From a virus: DNA of 64,000 bases. The stretch covers positions 1 to 64,000 of the IMG/VR virus record IMGVR_UViG_3300032334_001923; one strand, given 5' to 3'. The notes under the pieces were generated by a model. That model was not told where the DNA came from. It did no database searches and saw nothing but the letters and a program-made list of their open reading frames with translations. Position 1 is the stretch's first letter. Each line of letters starts with the position of its first letter. Below, in pieces: positions 35,678 to 43,753 of this stretch. The position numbers and the translations under genes were made by a program.

Positions 35678-37009
35678 ATGATTCAGGAAATAAGAGTATT
35701 AAGAAAAATCGAATCCCTTACAGGCGAAGGATCTCAAAAATCAAAGCAGAATTTAATTAATGAGTCTTTAACCCCAGAGATGGAGTATATCTTAGATGTC
35801 TGTTTTAATCCCTTTGTCACAACTAAACTCCATAAAATATCCTTTCGGGAAACCCCAAAGGAAGGTAATCCTAATCTCTTCAATGATTTTAAAACATTGA
35901 TAGAGGATCTTAAAAAAGCTCCAGCAGCAAACGATCTTTTAAGAGAAAGAGCTCAGACAATTATATCCTATCGTTTATCTGAGGATGATCAAGAGGATAC
36001 AGATCTTAGAAAAAATCTAATGAAGGTTTTGACCAAAAGAATGAATATAGGCATCGGTGCTAAACTTATAAACAAAGCAGTTGGAAAAGAGCTTATCCCT
36101 GATCCATCACTTATGTTGGCAACTGATGATCACCAAACAATAGAGGCTTGGAATAAGATTTACTGTGAAGAAAAATATGACGGGGTCAGAGTAATTGCCC
36201 TTTATAAAAACGGAGAGTTTTCATATTTTACTAGAGCCTTTAATGAGCTTGATTCTTCATGTTTTCCTAAGATTACTTTTGATCTAAAAACATGTATGAT
36301 AAACTCAGGACTAAAGGGTGACTGGTTTTTTGATGGTGAATTAACAGATCTTAATAGAAAATCTGTTAGTGGAAAGGTTACTCAAATACTTAAAGGAACT
36401 GTTGATGAGAAAATAGAGACTGGCATGCTATTTAATGTATTCGACTTTGAAGAAGCAGTAACTTTAGAAAAAGGAAGTGGAGTAATAGAATATAGAACAC
36501 GCAGAAGCACATTAGAAAATGTACTTAAACATCTTGATGAAAATTCCCCTGTTAAATTGGCTCAGATGTGGGAATTGGAAGATTCCACTGCAGTTAGTCT
36601 TGTTTACAAGGAAATAGTAAAAATAGGAGGCGAGGGCGTTATATGTAAAAATGACTCAGTTTATGAATGCAAAAGATCTAAGTCTTGGGTTAAATTCAAA
36701 GAAGTTAACGAGTGCGATCTTGAAGTAACTGGTTGGTATCCAGGAGAGGGCAAAAGAGAAGGAATGATAGGAGGATTTATGATGACAGACTCTTCTAAAA
36801 CTATGACGGTTAGGGTTGGTGCAGGATTCAGCGATTTGGATCTACAGACCCTTAGCAAAGATCCAGATTCTCATATAGGTAAAATTGCTGCTGTTCAATA
36901 CAACGTGACTATCACGGATAAGCACGGGAATAGATCTTTATTTTTACCTCGCTTTGTAGATATAAGAAATGATAAAACTCAAGCAGACGATCTTTCCTCT
37001 CTTTTTTAG
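35678..37009 (+). CDS. gp30: ATP-dependent DNA ligase
   Basis: EEKYDGVR, FDGEL, EGVICK, WVKFK, LFLPRF. Confidence 0.96.
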   Translation: MIQEIRVLRKIESLTGEGSQKSKQNLINESLTPEMEYILDVCFNPFVTTKLHKISFRETPKEGNPNLFNDFKTLIEDLKKAPAANDLLRERAQTIISYRLSEDDQEDTDLRKNLMKVLTKRMNIGIGAKLINKAVGKELIPDPSLMLATDDHQTIEAWNKIYCEEKYDGVRVIALYKNGEFSYFTRAFNELDSSCFPKITFDLKTCMINSGLKGDWFFDGELTDLNRKSVSGKVTQILKGTVDEKIETGMLFNVFDFEEAVTLEKGSGVIEYRTRRSTLENVLKHLDENSPVKLAQMWELEDSTAVSLVYKEIVKIGGEGVICKNDSVYECKRSKSWVKFKEVNECDLEVTGWYPGEGKREGMIGGFMMTDSSKTMTVRVGAGFSDLDLQTLSKDPDSHIGKIAAVQYNVTITDKHGNRSLFLPRFVDIRNDKTQADDLSSLF

Positions 37010-37038
37010 AAACAACCAATAAAATAATCTCTAGAAAT
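37009..37038 (+). promoter_or_regulatory. Putative middle promoter
   Basis: GAAAC-N17-CTAGAAAT. Confidence 0.65.
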
Positions 37039-37042
37039 TAAT

Positions 37043-37987
37043 ATGATACAAGAACTTTTAACCGAAAAACTCAGACCTAAAGAGCTGAGACATATGATAC
37101 TCCCGTCGAGGATATCTAATCTTTTTAGTCAAGGATTAGGACACAATGTTCTTCTAAGCGGACCTCCAGGATGCGGAAAAACAACCCTTGCTAAAATCCT
37201 TGCTGCACCCTTCCCTAGTATATTTATAAACGTTTCTGACGAAAGCTCTGTTGAAACAATCAGGGTTAAGATTAACGATTTCTGTTCCACCATATCTGTT
37301 TTGGATAATAAATCGTCTAAGAAAATAGTTATTTTAGACGAGTTTGACGGGGCTTCGGATCAATTCTATAAAGCACTAAGAGGTACGATAGAAAAGTTCG
37401 CAGGCAACACTAGATTCATTGCTACGTGCAATTATATCAACAAGGTTCCTGATGCAATCCAGAGCAGATTTGAGTTAGTTGATTTTAATCCAGTTAGCTC
37501 GGAAGAGGAAGATTTACTAAAGGACGAATGGAACAGGAGGATAAAACTAATATTAGGAAAACTCAGTATTCAAATAGATGATGATTCCCTTAATGAATTC
37601 CAGAAATCCTACTACCCAGATTTTAGATCAGCTTTAAATAAAGTTCAAAGCTGGATGCTTGAAGGGGTTAAGGAAGTCGATAGCAACAAGATTAAAGAAT
37701 TAGGCTGGTCGTACGAGAACTTATATAATTTGATTATCACATCTAAAGACCCTGTTAAAAACTACGAAGAGATCGTCGGTGAATATCAAGGTAAGGTTGA
37801 TGAGGTTATGTCAGCTTTAGGTGATGAGTTTATAAAATGGATCATTAAAAACAAGCCAGCACTTAAAAAGATAATTCCTGGAGTTATTGTTTTAGTGGCA
37901 GATCACCAATCACAGAGAACACAAGTAATAGATCCTATGGTCTCCCTACTTTCTCTAATATTTCAGATACAAAAACTTGTTGACTAA
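37043..37987 (+). CDS. gp44: Clamp loader AAA+ subunit (gp44/RFC-small)
   Basis: EKLRP, GPPGCGKTT, ILDEFD, FIATCNY, IQSRF. Confidence 0.95.
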   Translation: MIQELLTEKLRPKELRHMILPSRISNLFSQGLGHNVLLSGPPGCGKTTLAKILAAPFPSIFINVSDESSVETIRVKINDFCSTISVLDNKSSKKIVILDEFDGASDQFYKALRGTIEKFAGNTRFIATCNYINKVPDAIQSRFELVDFNPVSSEEEDLLKDEWNRRIKLILGKLSIQIDDDSLNEFQKSYYPDFRSALNKVQSWMLEGVKEVDSNKIKELGWSYENLYNLIITSKDPVKNYEEIVGEYQGKVDEVMSALGDEFIKWIIKNKPALKKIIPGVIVLVADHQSQRTQVIDPMVSLLSLIFQIQKLVD

Positions 37988-37989
37988 GA

Positions 37990-38535
37990 ATGAGCAAATA
38001 TAAAAGAATAATAGTAGCAGGAAAGGGTGGATCAGGAAAAGATTATTTAGTTAAATTACTAAAGGATCGGGGATTTATTTATTCGGTTTCCCACACTTCC
38101 CGGCCGCCCAGAGAGGGCGAGATCGATGGATCTGATTATTATTTCGTTTCTTATGAAGAAGCAAATGAGATGTCTCTAAACGGTAAGTTTTATGAGTGTG
38201 TTATTTTTAACGATTGGTTTTATGGGACTTCTTTAGACGAGTTCTACAGAGCTAATCTTTTTATTATGACACCTTCGGGAATAGGGAAATTAAAACCCGA
38301 AGACAGGGAGCAGTCGCTTGTTGTTTATATAGATATAGATAGGGAAACAAGAAGATCTAGATTGAGCAATAGAAGAGACGCAGATAATGCTGAAAGAAGA
38401 ATAAAAGCAGATGATATAGATTTTTCAGATTTCTGTGATTATGATATAAGAATAGAAGATCCTAACTTCAGTATAGATGAGGTTTTGGAAAAAATAAAAA
38501 ACATCTCACCCAAGATTATCTATAATGAAATATAA
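37990..38535 (+). CDS. gmk: Guanylate kinase
   Basis: GKGGSGKD, SHTSRPPREGEIDGSDYYFV, YGTS. Confidence 0.9.
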   Translation: MSKYKRIIVAGKGGSGKDYLVKLLKDRGFIYSVSHTSRPPREGEIDGSDYYFVSYEEANEMSLNGKFYECVIFNDWFYGTSLDEFYRANLFIMTPSGIGKLKPEDREQSLVVYIDIDRETRRSRLSNRRDADNAERRIKADDIDFSDFCDYDIRIEDPNFSIDEVLEKIKNISPKIIYNEI

Positions 38536-38560
38536 AATTACCATAAAAGATAAAAAATTT

Positions 38561-39700
38561 ATGATAAACGTGTGCATAGATGGAAACTATATTTTCCATA
38601 AAACTTTTGGAATATTTGCAGGCTACGGAACGGTTGATCCCGGGAAAGTCTTAAAAGACAAAGGAGATCAAGCAATGTTCATAAGAAAGATCTCAACGGA
38701 TCTATGTTCTGCTTTAAAGATGCTTCCTTCCGGTGGAAGATTGGTTTTCACCTCCGATAGCAGAAGTTGGAGAAAGGATGTGGAGATCGAAAATGGAGGA
38801 TATAAATCAGGAAGAGTCAAGGATGAAAATGTGGATTGGTCTATATTCTTTGAACTCTTACAATCATTTGGAAAACATCTTGAAAAAATGGGATTTATTT
38901 TTTCTAAAGTTGATGGTGCTGAAGGCGACGATCTTTTGCTTTTTTGGTCTAGAAAATTCAATCAAAGCGGAGAGAGTTGCATAATCATCTCTGGCGACAG
39001 AGATCTTCATCAATTAGCGAGAATAGACAACGGAGTATGGACCGCAGTTTGGAGCAGCAATTCAAAGAAGAACGTTTTAACTGTTCCTGAGAATTGGTCA
39101 GCTGATTGGTTAAATGAAAATAAGGATATTAGCGTGTTTAATATGGGATTTACCATATCCCCGGAAAAAGAAAAGTTAAAAGAGTTTATAAAAAAAGTAG
39201 AGGTCAATAATATAAACAGCAAACCTTTTTTGTTTAACAAGATACTTGTAGGAGATAAGGGAGATTCAGTTCCAAGCGTTTGGGAATATGAAAGTGGCGG
39301 AAAGATCGTTAGATTCACCGACAAGAAGGCAGAAACTGTATATGAGTATTTTATGGAATCCCGATGGAAGGATGTGAATACTGAAGACCTTTTAAAGGAT
39401 GAAGAGTTCCTATCTTGGATAAGTGCGCTAATCATGAAGACCTCTAAAGATGTGGATAGCACAGAAAACAGAATAAAAGCTAAAGATAATTTTCTTAGAA
39501 ATTTTAAATTAATGTGGCTTGATCCTGAGGTGATCCCAAGTTTTGTTTCTGATAATTGTTATTTAGAAACCGAAAGAGGAATTAAATTGGAAAAAAAAGC
39601 TATAACACTGGATAGAATAAAAATATTGGATGGTACTGAGTGGGTAGCAACAGGATATCAACCTAAAGAATTTGATCCTTTTAAAAATCTTTTAGACTAG
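38561..39700 (+). CDS. rnh: 5'-3' exonuclease / T4 RNase H (FEN-like); start revised to 38561
   Basis: IDGNYIFH, AEGDDL, SGDRDLHQL, LVGDKGDSVP. Confidence 0.88.
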   Translation: MINVCIDGNYIFHKTFGIFAGYGTVDPGKVLKDKGDQAMFIRKISTDLCSALKMLPSGGRLVFTSDSRSWRKDVEIENGGYKSGRVKDENVDWSIFFELLQSFGKHLEKMGFIFSKVDGAEGDDLLLFWSRKFNQSGESCIIISGDRDLHQLARIDNGVWTAVWSSNSKKNVLTVPENWSADWLNENKDISVFNMGFTISPEKEKLKEFIKKVEVNNINSKPFLFNKILVGDKGDSVPSVWEYESGGKIVRFTDKKAETVYEYFMESRWKDVNTEDLLKDEEFLSWISALIMKTSKDVDSTENRIKAKDNFLRNFKLMWLDPEVIPSFVSDNCYLETERGIKLEKKAITLDRIKILDGTEWVATGYQPKEFDPFKNLLD

Positions 39701-39701
39701 A

Positions 39702-40121
39702 ATGCAACTTTTCGATATAGTAAAATCAATATTTTCAAAAAAACCAAAAGATTGGGATGCTGTTGGTGCAATAGATAAATCTAGGAATTTCTTTATGATT
39801 AACAGAATCATGAGTATACAATTCCCAATACAAGCTAATCAATTTAACAGATTAAAGGTTATTCCTGCCCCTGTAGTTGACTGGTGGCACGATACCCTTT
39901 CAATAAAGTTTACCAAATCGCCCACGTGGATTTACACTAAGACCAAGAAAAAAGAATCAGAAAAATCAGAATGTATTAAAATTTCTGAGGGTGTAGAGGA
40001 TTTTATTAGAGATAGATATAGGGTATCCAAGAGAGATCTAGAAGACCTTAAAAAATTCTATCCTTCAAAATATGCCTCTTGGGTCAAGGATGTATCGGAA
40101 CAATTAGGACTTCAAAAGTAG
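39702..40121 (+). CDS. Clamp loader small subunit (gp62-like)
   Basis: LFDIVKSI..FFMINRIMS..WIYTKTKK resembles gp62; same operon as gp44. Confidence 0.5.
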   Translation: MQLFDIVKSIFSKKPKDWDAVGAIDKSRNFFMINRIMSIQFPIQANQFNRLKVIPAPVVDWWHDTLSIKFTKSPTWIYTKTKKKESEKSECIKISEGVEDFIRDRYRVSKRDLEDLKKFYPSKYASWVKDVSEQLGLQK

Positions 40122-40135
40122 GAATATATAGAACA

Positions 40136-40693
40136 ATGGAAAAGAAAAATCACAAACTAATAGATAAGGTTATTTCCGGCCTTGACTGGGACTCCATATT
40201 AGAAGTAAATAAATGCTTTAAAATAGGAGTTGGAGAAGGGACTAATGCAATCCCGGGGTTAAAAAGGAAGATCTTTAGCGATGATCTAACCAAATCAGAT
40301 CTAAAGGCTGAGCTTAAAGCTCTTTTAAAGCATGTTTTAGACAATAATTTACCTGAACTATACTATGGTCCTTGGATGATCTATTGGATGGATGCAGAGT
40401 GGGTCTTTGAGGCTCAAGATCAGGATGGCGAAGATGATGACGATCAGGACGGTATGGAAATAAACATCACTTTAGAGATAGATTCTAACCTTGAGGTTAT
40501 CTACTCACCTCAAAGAATATTAGTGTTAGATCCCGTTGAAAAGGAGGGAATTAGAGCTGAAAAAACTGGATCTGAAGTGGATCAGCTTGAGGCTATGTTA
40601 AAAAAAGCCTTAGAATCTGAAAAATATGAGCTGGCTTCTAAAATAAAAGATCTCATAGGACTACAAAAAGGGGACTCCTCTGAAGATAAATAG
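40136..40693 (+). CDS. Hypothetical protein with C-terminal UVR (UvrB/C) motif; start revised to 40136
   Basis: LEAMLKKALESEKYELASKIKDLI; AATATATA at 40123. Confidence 0.6.
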   Translation: MEKKNHKLIDKVISGLDWDSILEVNKCFKIGVGEGTNAIPGLKRKIFSDDLTKSDLKAELKALLKHVLDNNLPELYYGPWMIYWMDAEWVFEAQDQDGEDDDDQDGMEINITLEIDSNLEVIYSPQRILVLDPVEKEGIRAEKTGSEVDQLEAMLKKALESEKYELASKIKDLIGLQKGDSSEDK

Positions 40694-40697
40694 TCTA

Positions 40698-41180
40698 ATG
40701 AAATACATTAAAACCCTAAACGAGTACTTTGACACCGGTGTTTTCGGTGATACCTACGGATACGGCGGAGCTAGTGGTGTTCTTAAAATAAACTATAAGC
40801 CATTCTCCGATCTATCAGTTTCTGTAGGCCAAGACCCAGACGTGGATACAACTGTCAAAGGGTCTGAATACCAGTTAGGTGACGTTGTTATAGCGGAAGC
40901 CCTAAATTCTAAAAAGAAAGTTATAGGCGTAATTGTTAGAGCTTTCAGAAATCCAGATAACAAGCAATACAGATACTTCATACAAGTTTACAATAAAGGA
41001 AAGCAAACCGAAAGAGTCATAGAGGTTAAATCTGATTCCATAAAATTCACCGACGGAGGAGATCATGGAAACATGGAAACCAAATCTCAAGTTAAATTCA
41101 ACGAGGTACCTCAGAAAGGATTCAATTCACCTACGGTTTACAACTCCAGCGATTTAGGTCTAGAAACGGTAGGCGGATAA
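40698..41180 (+). CDS. Putative internal head protein with KOW/SH3-like segment
   Basis: N-terminal MKYIKTLNE; GATAAATA at 40685. Confidence 0.45.
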   Translation: MKYIKTLNEYFDTGVFGDTYGYGGASGVLKINYKPFSDLSVSVGQDPDVDTTVKGSEYQLGDVVIAEALNSKKKVIGVIVRAFRNPDNKQYRYFIQVYNKGKQTERVIEVKSDSIKFTDGGDHGNMETKSQVKFNEVPQKGFNSPTVYNSSDLGLETVGG

Positions 41181-41186
41181 TCATCC

Positions 41187-41216
41187 GGAACCAATCCCCT
41201 TTTCGATAGTAGAATA
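41187..41216 (+). promoter_or_regulatory. Putative middle promoter (variant)
   Basis: GGAAC-N17-GTAGAATA. Confidence 0.5.
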
Positions 41217-41234
41217 TTGAAAGGATAAGTATAG

Positions 41235-42137
41235 ATGCTATTTGGCCAAAATCCACCCGAGATAACATATTTAGGAAAACCAAAAGAATTTGGTGATGAG
41301 AAGGTTGTTTTAAACTCCTATCTTGATCTTATTTCCGCCATTAGAAAATTTTTAGAGTTCAATCTATCTCTTGATATAAAGATAGTTTGTCTTGATGTTT
41401 CTGATTTTTCTTTTTCTCCCGATTTCTTCAACACGCCTATAGAAGAGGAGTCCCCGTTAGTATCAAATGAAATAGATGCAATAAACACGTTAATATCTAA
41501 GAATAATATAAGGATATGTGTTTTTATAGGTAAGGATTATTTTTTGGGCAGTCAGTTGGAAGTTGTTGTAGATTCGACAGTAAGCTTACTAAACAGATTA
41601 TCGGGTATACTTGATGTTATAGGTGTAAACTACCCATCCATAATGATCAGAATAGGTTCTGCCTACGGAAACAGAAAGTTAACTATGGATGAATTTTGCA
41701 ATAGACTTTCTTTATTGGATGATAATACTGTTTCAAAGCTGTGTGTCATGAATGACGATAAGCCAAGCCTATTCTCAATAACAGATCTTTTATCTGGTGT
41801 TTATTATAAATCAGGAATACCTATATGTTTTAGAATACTTCCGCATCAATTTAATGATGGTGGATTAACCATAAGGGAAGCGCTCTTTTTATCGGGCTCA
41901 ACCTGGGATAAAGGATGCAAACCTATCTTTTTCCATTCGGAGTCTTCCGATCTTGATTCGGACGGTATACCGAACACACCTCACACAACGGAATACCTAA
42001 CTAGAAGAATCCCAACATTTGGTTTAGATCTAGACGTTGTCATAGAATCCACAGCAAAGGAGGATTCTTGTCTAAAATACAGAATGGATTATAAATCCCT
42101 ACCTCCGATAGTTATAAATAAAATAAACCGAAAATAA
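41235..42137 (+). CDS. UV-damage endonuclease (UvsE/UvdE) homolog with degenerate metal ligands
   Basis: IGSAYG, NDDKPSLFSITDL, GIPI, GGLTIREAL...TW, FHSES, IESTAKE. Confidence 0.75.
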   Translation: MLFGQNPPEITYLGKPKEFGDEKVVLNSYLDLISAIRKFLEFNLSLDIKIVCLDVSDFSFSPDFFNTPIEEESPLVSNEIDAINTLISKNNIRICVFIGKDYFLGSQLEVVVDSTVSLLNRLSGILDVIGVNYPSIMIRIGSAYGNRKLTMDEFCNRLSLLDDNTVSKLCVMNDDKPSLFSITDLLSGVYYKSGIPICFRILPHQFNDGGLTIREALFLSGSTWDKGCKPIFFHSESSDLDSDGIPNTPHTTEYLTRRIPTFGLDLDVVIESTAKEDSCLKYRMDYKSLPPIVINKINRK

Positions 42138-42169
42138 TTTTTTTATTTCGGGAATACTGTTTACTTTTG
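42136..42169 (+). promoter_or_regulatory. Putative early promoter (Bacteroidota type)
   Basis: AATTTTTTTATTTCG-N11-TACTTTTG. Confidence 0.75.
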
Positions 42170-42183
42170 TAAAAAATAGAAAA

Positions 42184-42885
42184 ATGTTTTTAAAAGAAAA
42201 TATCGATAAGTTTTTATACTTTGACGTTGAAACCGCAGCTTCATATAGGAATCTAGACGAGCTCAAAAATAATAACGAGAGGCTGTATAATCTGTGGAAG
42301 AAAAGAGAGCTTTATTATATTGGGGCATACGAGGAAATGAAAAATGCAACACCAGAGGAGATCTACGAAGCTAAAGCTGGATTAGAACCCGAATTCTCTA
42401 GGGTTGTTTGTGTTTCTTTTGGTTCTTTTACAGATTCGGGAGAAAGAAAGTTTATATCTTTCTACGGGGAGGATGAGGCTGATATACTTAATAAATCGGC
42501 TAAAGTCTTAAACAACGCAGCAGCTAAAAACTGGAAATTATGCGGACATAACATAAAAGGATTTGATGTTCCCTGTCTTGGTAAGAGAATGATCTATAAT
42601 AAAATAAATCCCCCTTCCAATATTAGAATATGGGATAAAAAACCATGGGAGGTTCCTTTTATGGACACTTCTGAGATATTTGCATTTGGAAGCTGGGTAC
42701 AACAGAAATACTTAAGTTTAGATCTTTTAGCTTGTTCAATGGGGATAGAATCTCCAAAAGGAACCATGGATGGATCCAAAGTAAATGATTCATATTGGAA
42801 TAAGAAAGACTATGAATCTATTAAGATCTATTGCGAGCTTGATGTTGACACTGTTATGAGTGTAATGGAATCTCTCTGCTTATAA
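42184..42885 (+). CDS. DEDD 3'-5' exonuclease (PolB-exo-like, stand-alone)
   Basis: FDVET, GHNIKGFDVP, YCELDV. Confidence 0.9.
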   Translation: MFLKENIDKFLYFDVETAASYRNLDELKNNNERLYNLWKKRELYYIGAYEEMKNATPEEIYEAKAGLEPEFSRVVCVSFGSFTDSGERKFISFYGEDEADILNKSAKVLNNAAAKNWKLCGHNIKGFDVPCLGKRMIYNKINPPSNIRIWDKKPWEVPFMDTSEIFAFGSWVQQKYLSLDLLACSMGIESPKGTMDGSKVNDSYWNKKDYESIKIYCELDVDTVMSVMESLCL

Positions 42886-42927
42886 TAAATTATATTCATA
42901 ACGGTTAAACCCTAAAGGGCTTTTTTT

Positions 42928-42935
42928 GATATATA
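42928..42935 (+). promoter_or_regulatory. Putative late promoter GATATATA
   Basis: 18 nt before GTG 42954. Confidence 0.7.
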
Positions 42936-42953
42936 CAAGAAAAGCCTTTTTTA

Positions 42954-43751
42954 GTGGATAAAGTTTTAGATTATTCTAGTTACCTGAACATCTCGGAAAG
43001 AGAGGAATCCCCATTTTATAATGATTCTTTATGTCCCAAATTATGGGTAAAGAATAATCAAGAAGACGGAAACCCCGCTTGGACTTTAGACGGGAGAGCA
43101 TCTAGAAAAATAGAAAAGATTGCAAAAGAATTCTTTTCGCATTTTTCGAGCTTGCTAAAGCAAAAAGACATCTCAGATATTCAAATAACAGGGGATCTTG
43201 CTAATTTCAGTCATACCCCCAATTCTAATCTGGATGTACACGTTCTCGTGGATCTAGATGGTATGGACGATCTGGATGCTCAGGATCTTAAAAACGAGAT
43301 AGCTTTTTTAAAATCAAACTGGGATCTAAAAAATTCCAAAAAGATAAGAGGAAGAGACGTTGATTTCTACATTCAAAATGCGAAAGATCCTCATGATTCA
43401 TCAGGTCTTTATTCTGTTCTAAACGGTGAGTGGATTAAAGCTCCTTCTCTAGAATCTCCTTCTTTTGATGAAAGAGACGTGGCTAAAAAGTATGATGCTA
43501 TTGCTCACGAGATAGACTCTCTAGAAACCCAAATAGAAGTAACCAACTCACCGGATAGAGTTAAATTCCTTAGAGATAGAGCCACTGAACTTAAAATAAA
43601 AATCCAACAAATGAGAAAGGATGCAATAACAAAGAGTGGGCAACCCTCAGTTGGCTCAAGTATATTCAAGATGCTTAGAAAAGAAGGATATATAGAAAAA
43701 TTGATAGATGTTCTATCTAATTCCTACGATAAAATTTATAAAGAAGACTAA
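42954..43751 (+). CDS. Pol-beta-superfamily nucleotidyltransferase-like protein with atypical active site
   Basis: ITGDLANF...SNLDVHVLVD, GRDVDFYIQ, GLYSVLNGEWIKAP, helical C-terminus FKMLRKEGYIEKL. Confidence 0.65.
   Translation: MDKVLDYSSYLNISEREESPFYNDSLCPKLWVKNNQEDGNPAWTLDGRASRKIEKIAKEFFSHFSSLLKQKDISDIQITGDLANFSHTPNSNLDVHVLVDLDGMDDLDAQDLKNEIAFLKSNWDLKNSKKIRGRDVDFYIQNAKDPHDSSGLYSVLNGEWIKAPSLESPSFDERDVAKKYDAIAHEIDSLETQIEVTNSPDRVKFLRDRATELKIKIQQMRKDAITKSGQPSVGSSIFKMLRKEGYIEKLIDVLSNSYDKIYKED
43687..43694 (+). promoter_or_regulatory. Putative late promoter GATATATA (gene-internal)
   Basis: 59 nt before ATG 43754. Confidence 0.55.
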
Positions 43752-43753
43752 AC

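Noticed and set aside
42908-42927. Terminator after the exonuclease gene
   Set aside because: Stem is only 3-4 bp (CCC-TAAA-GGG); too weak to call
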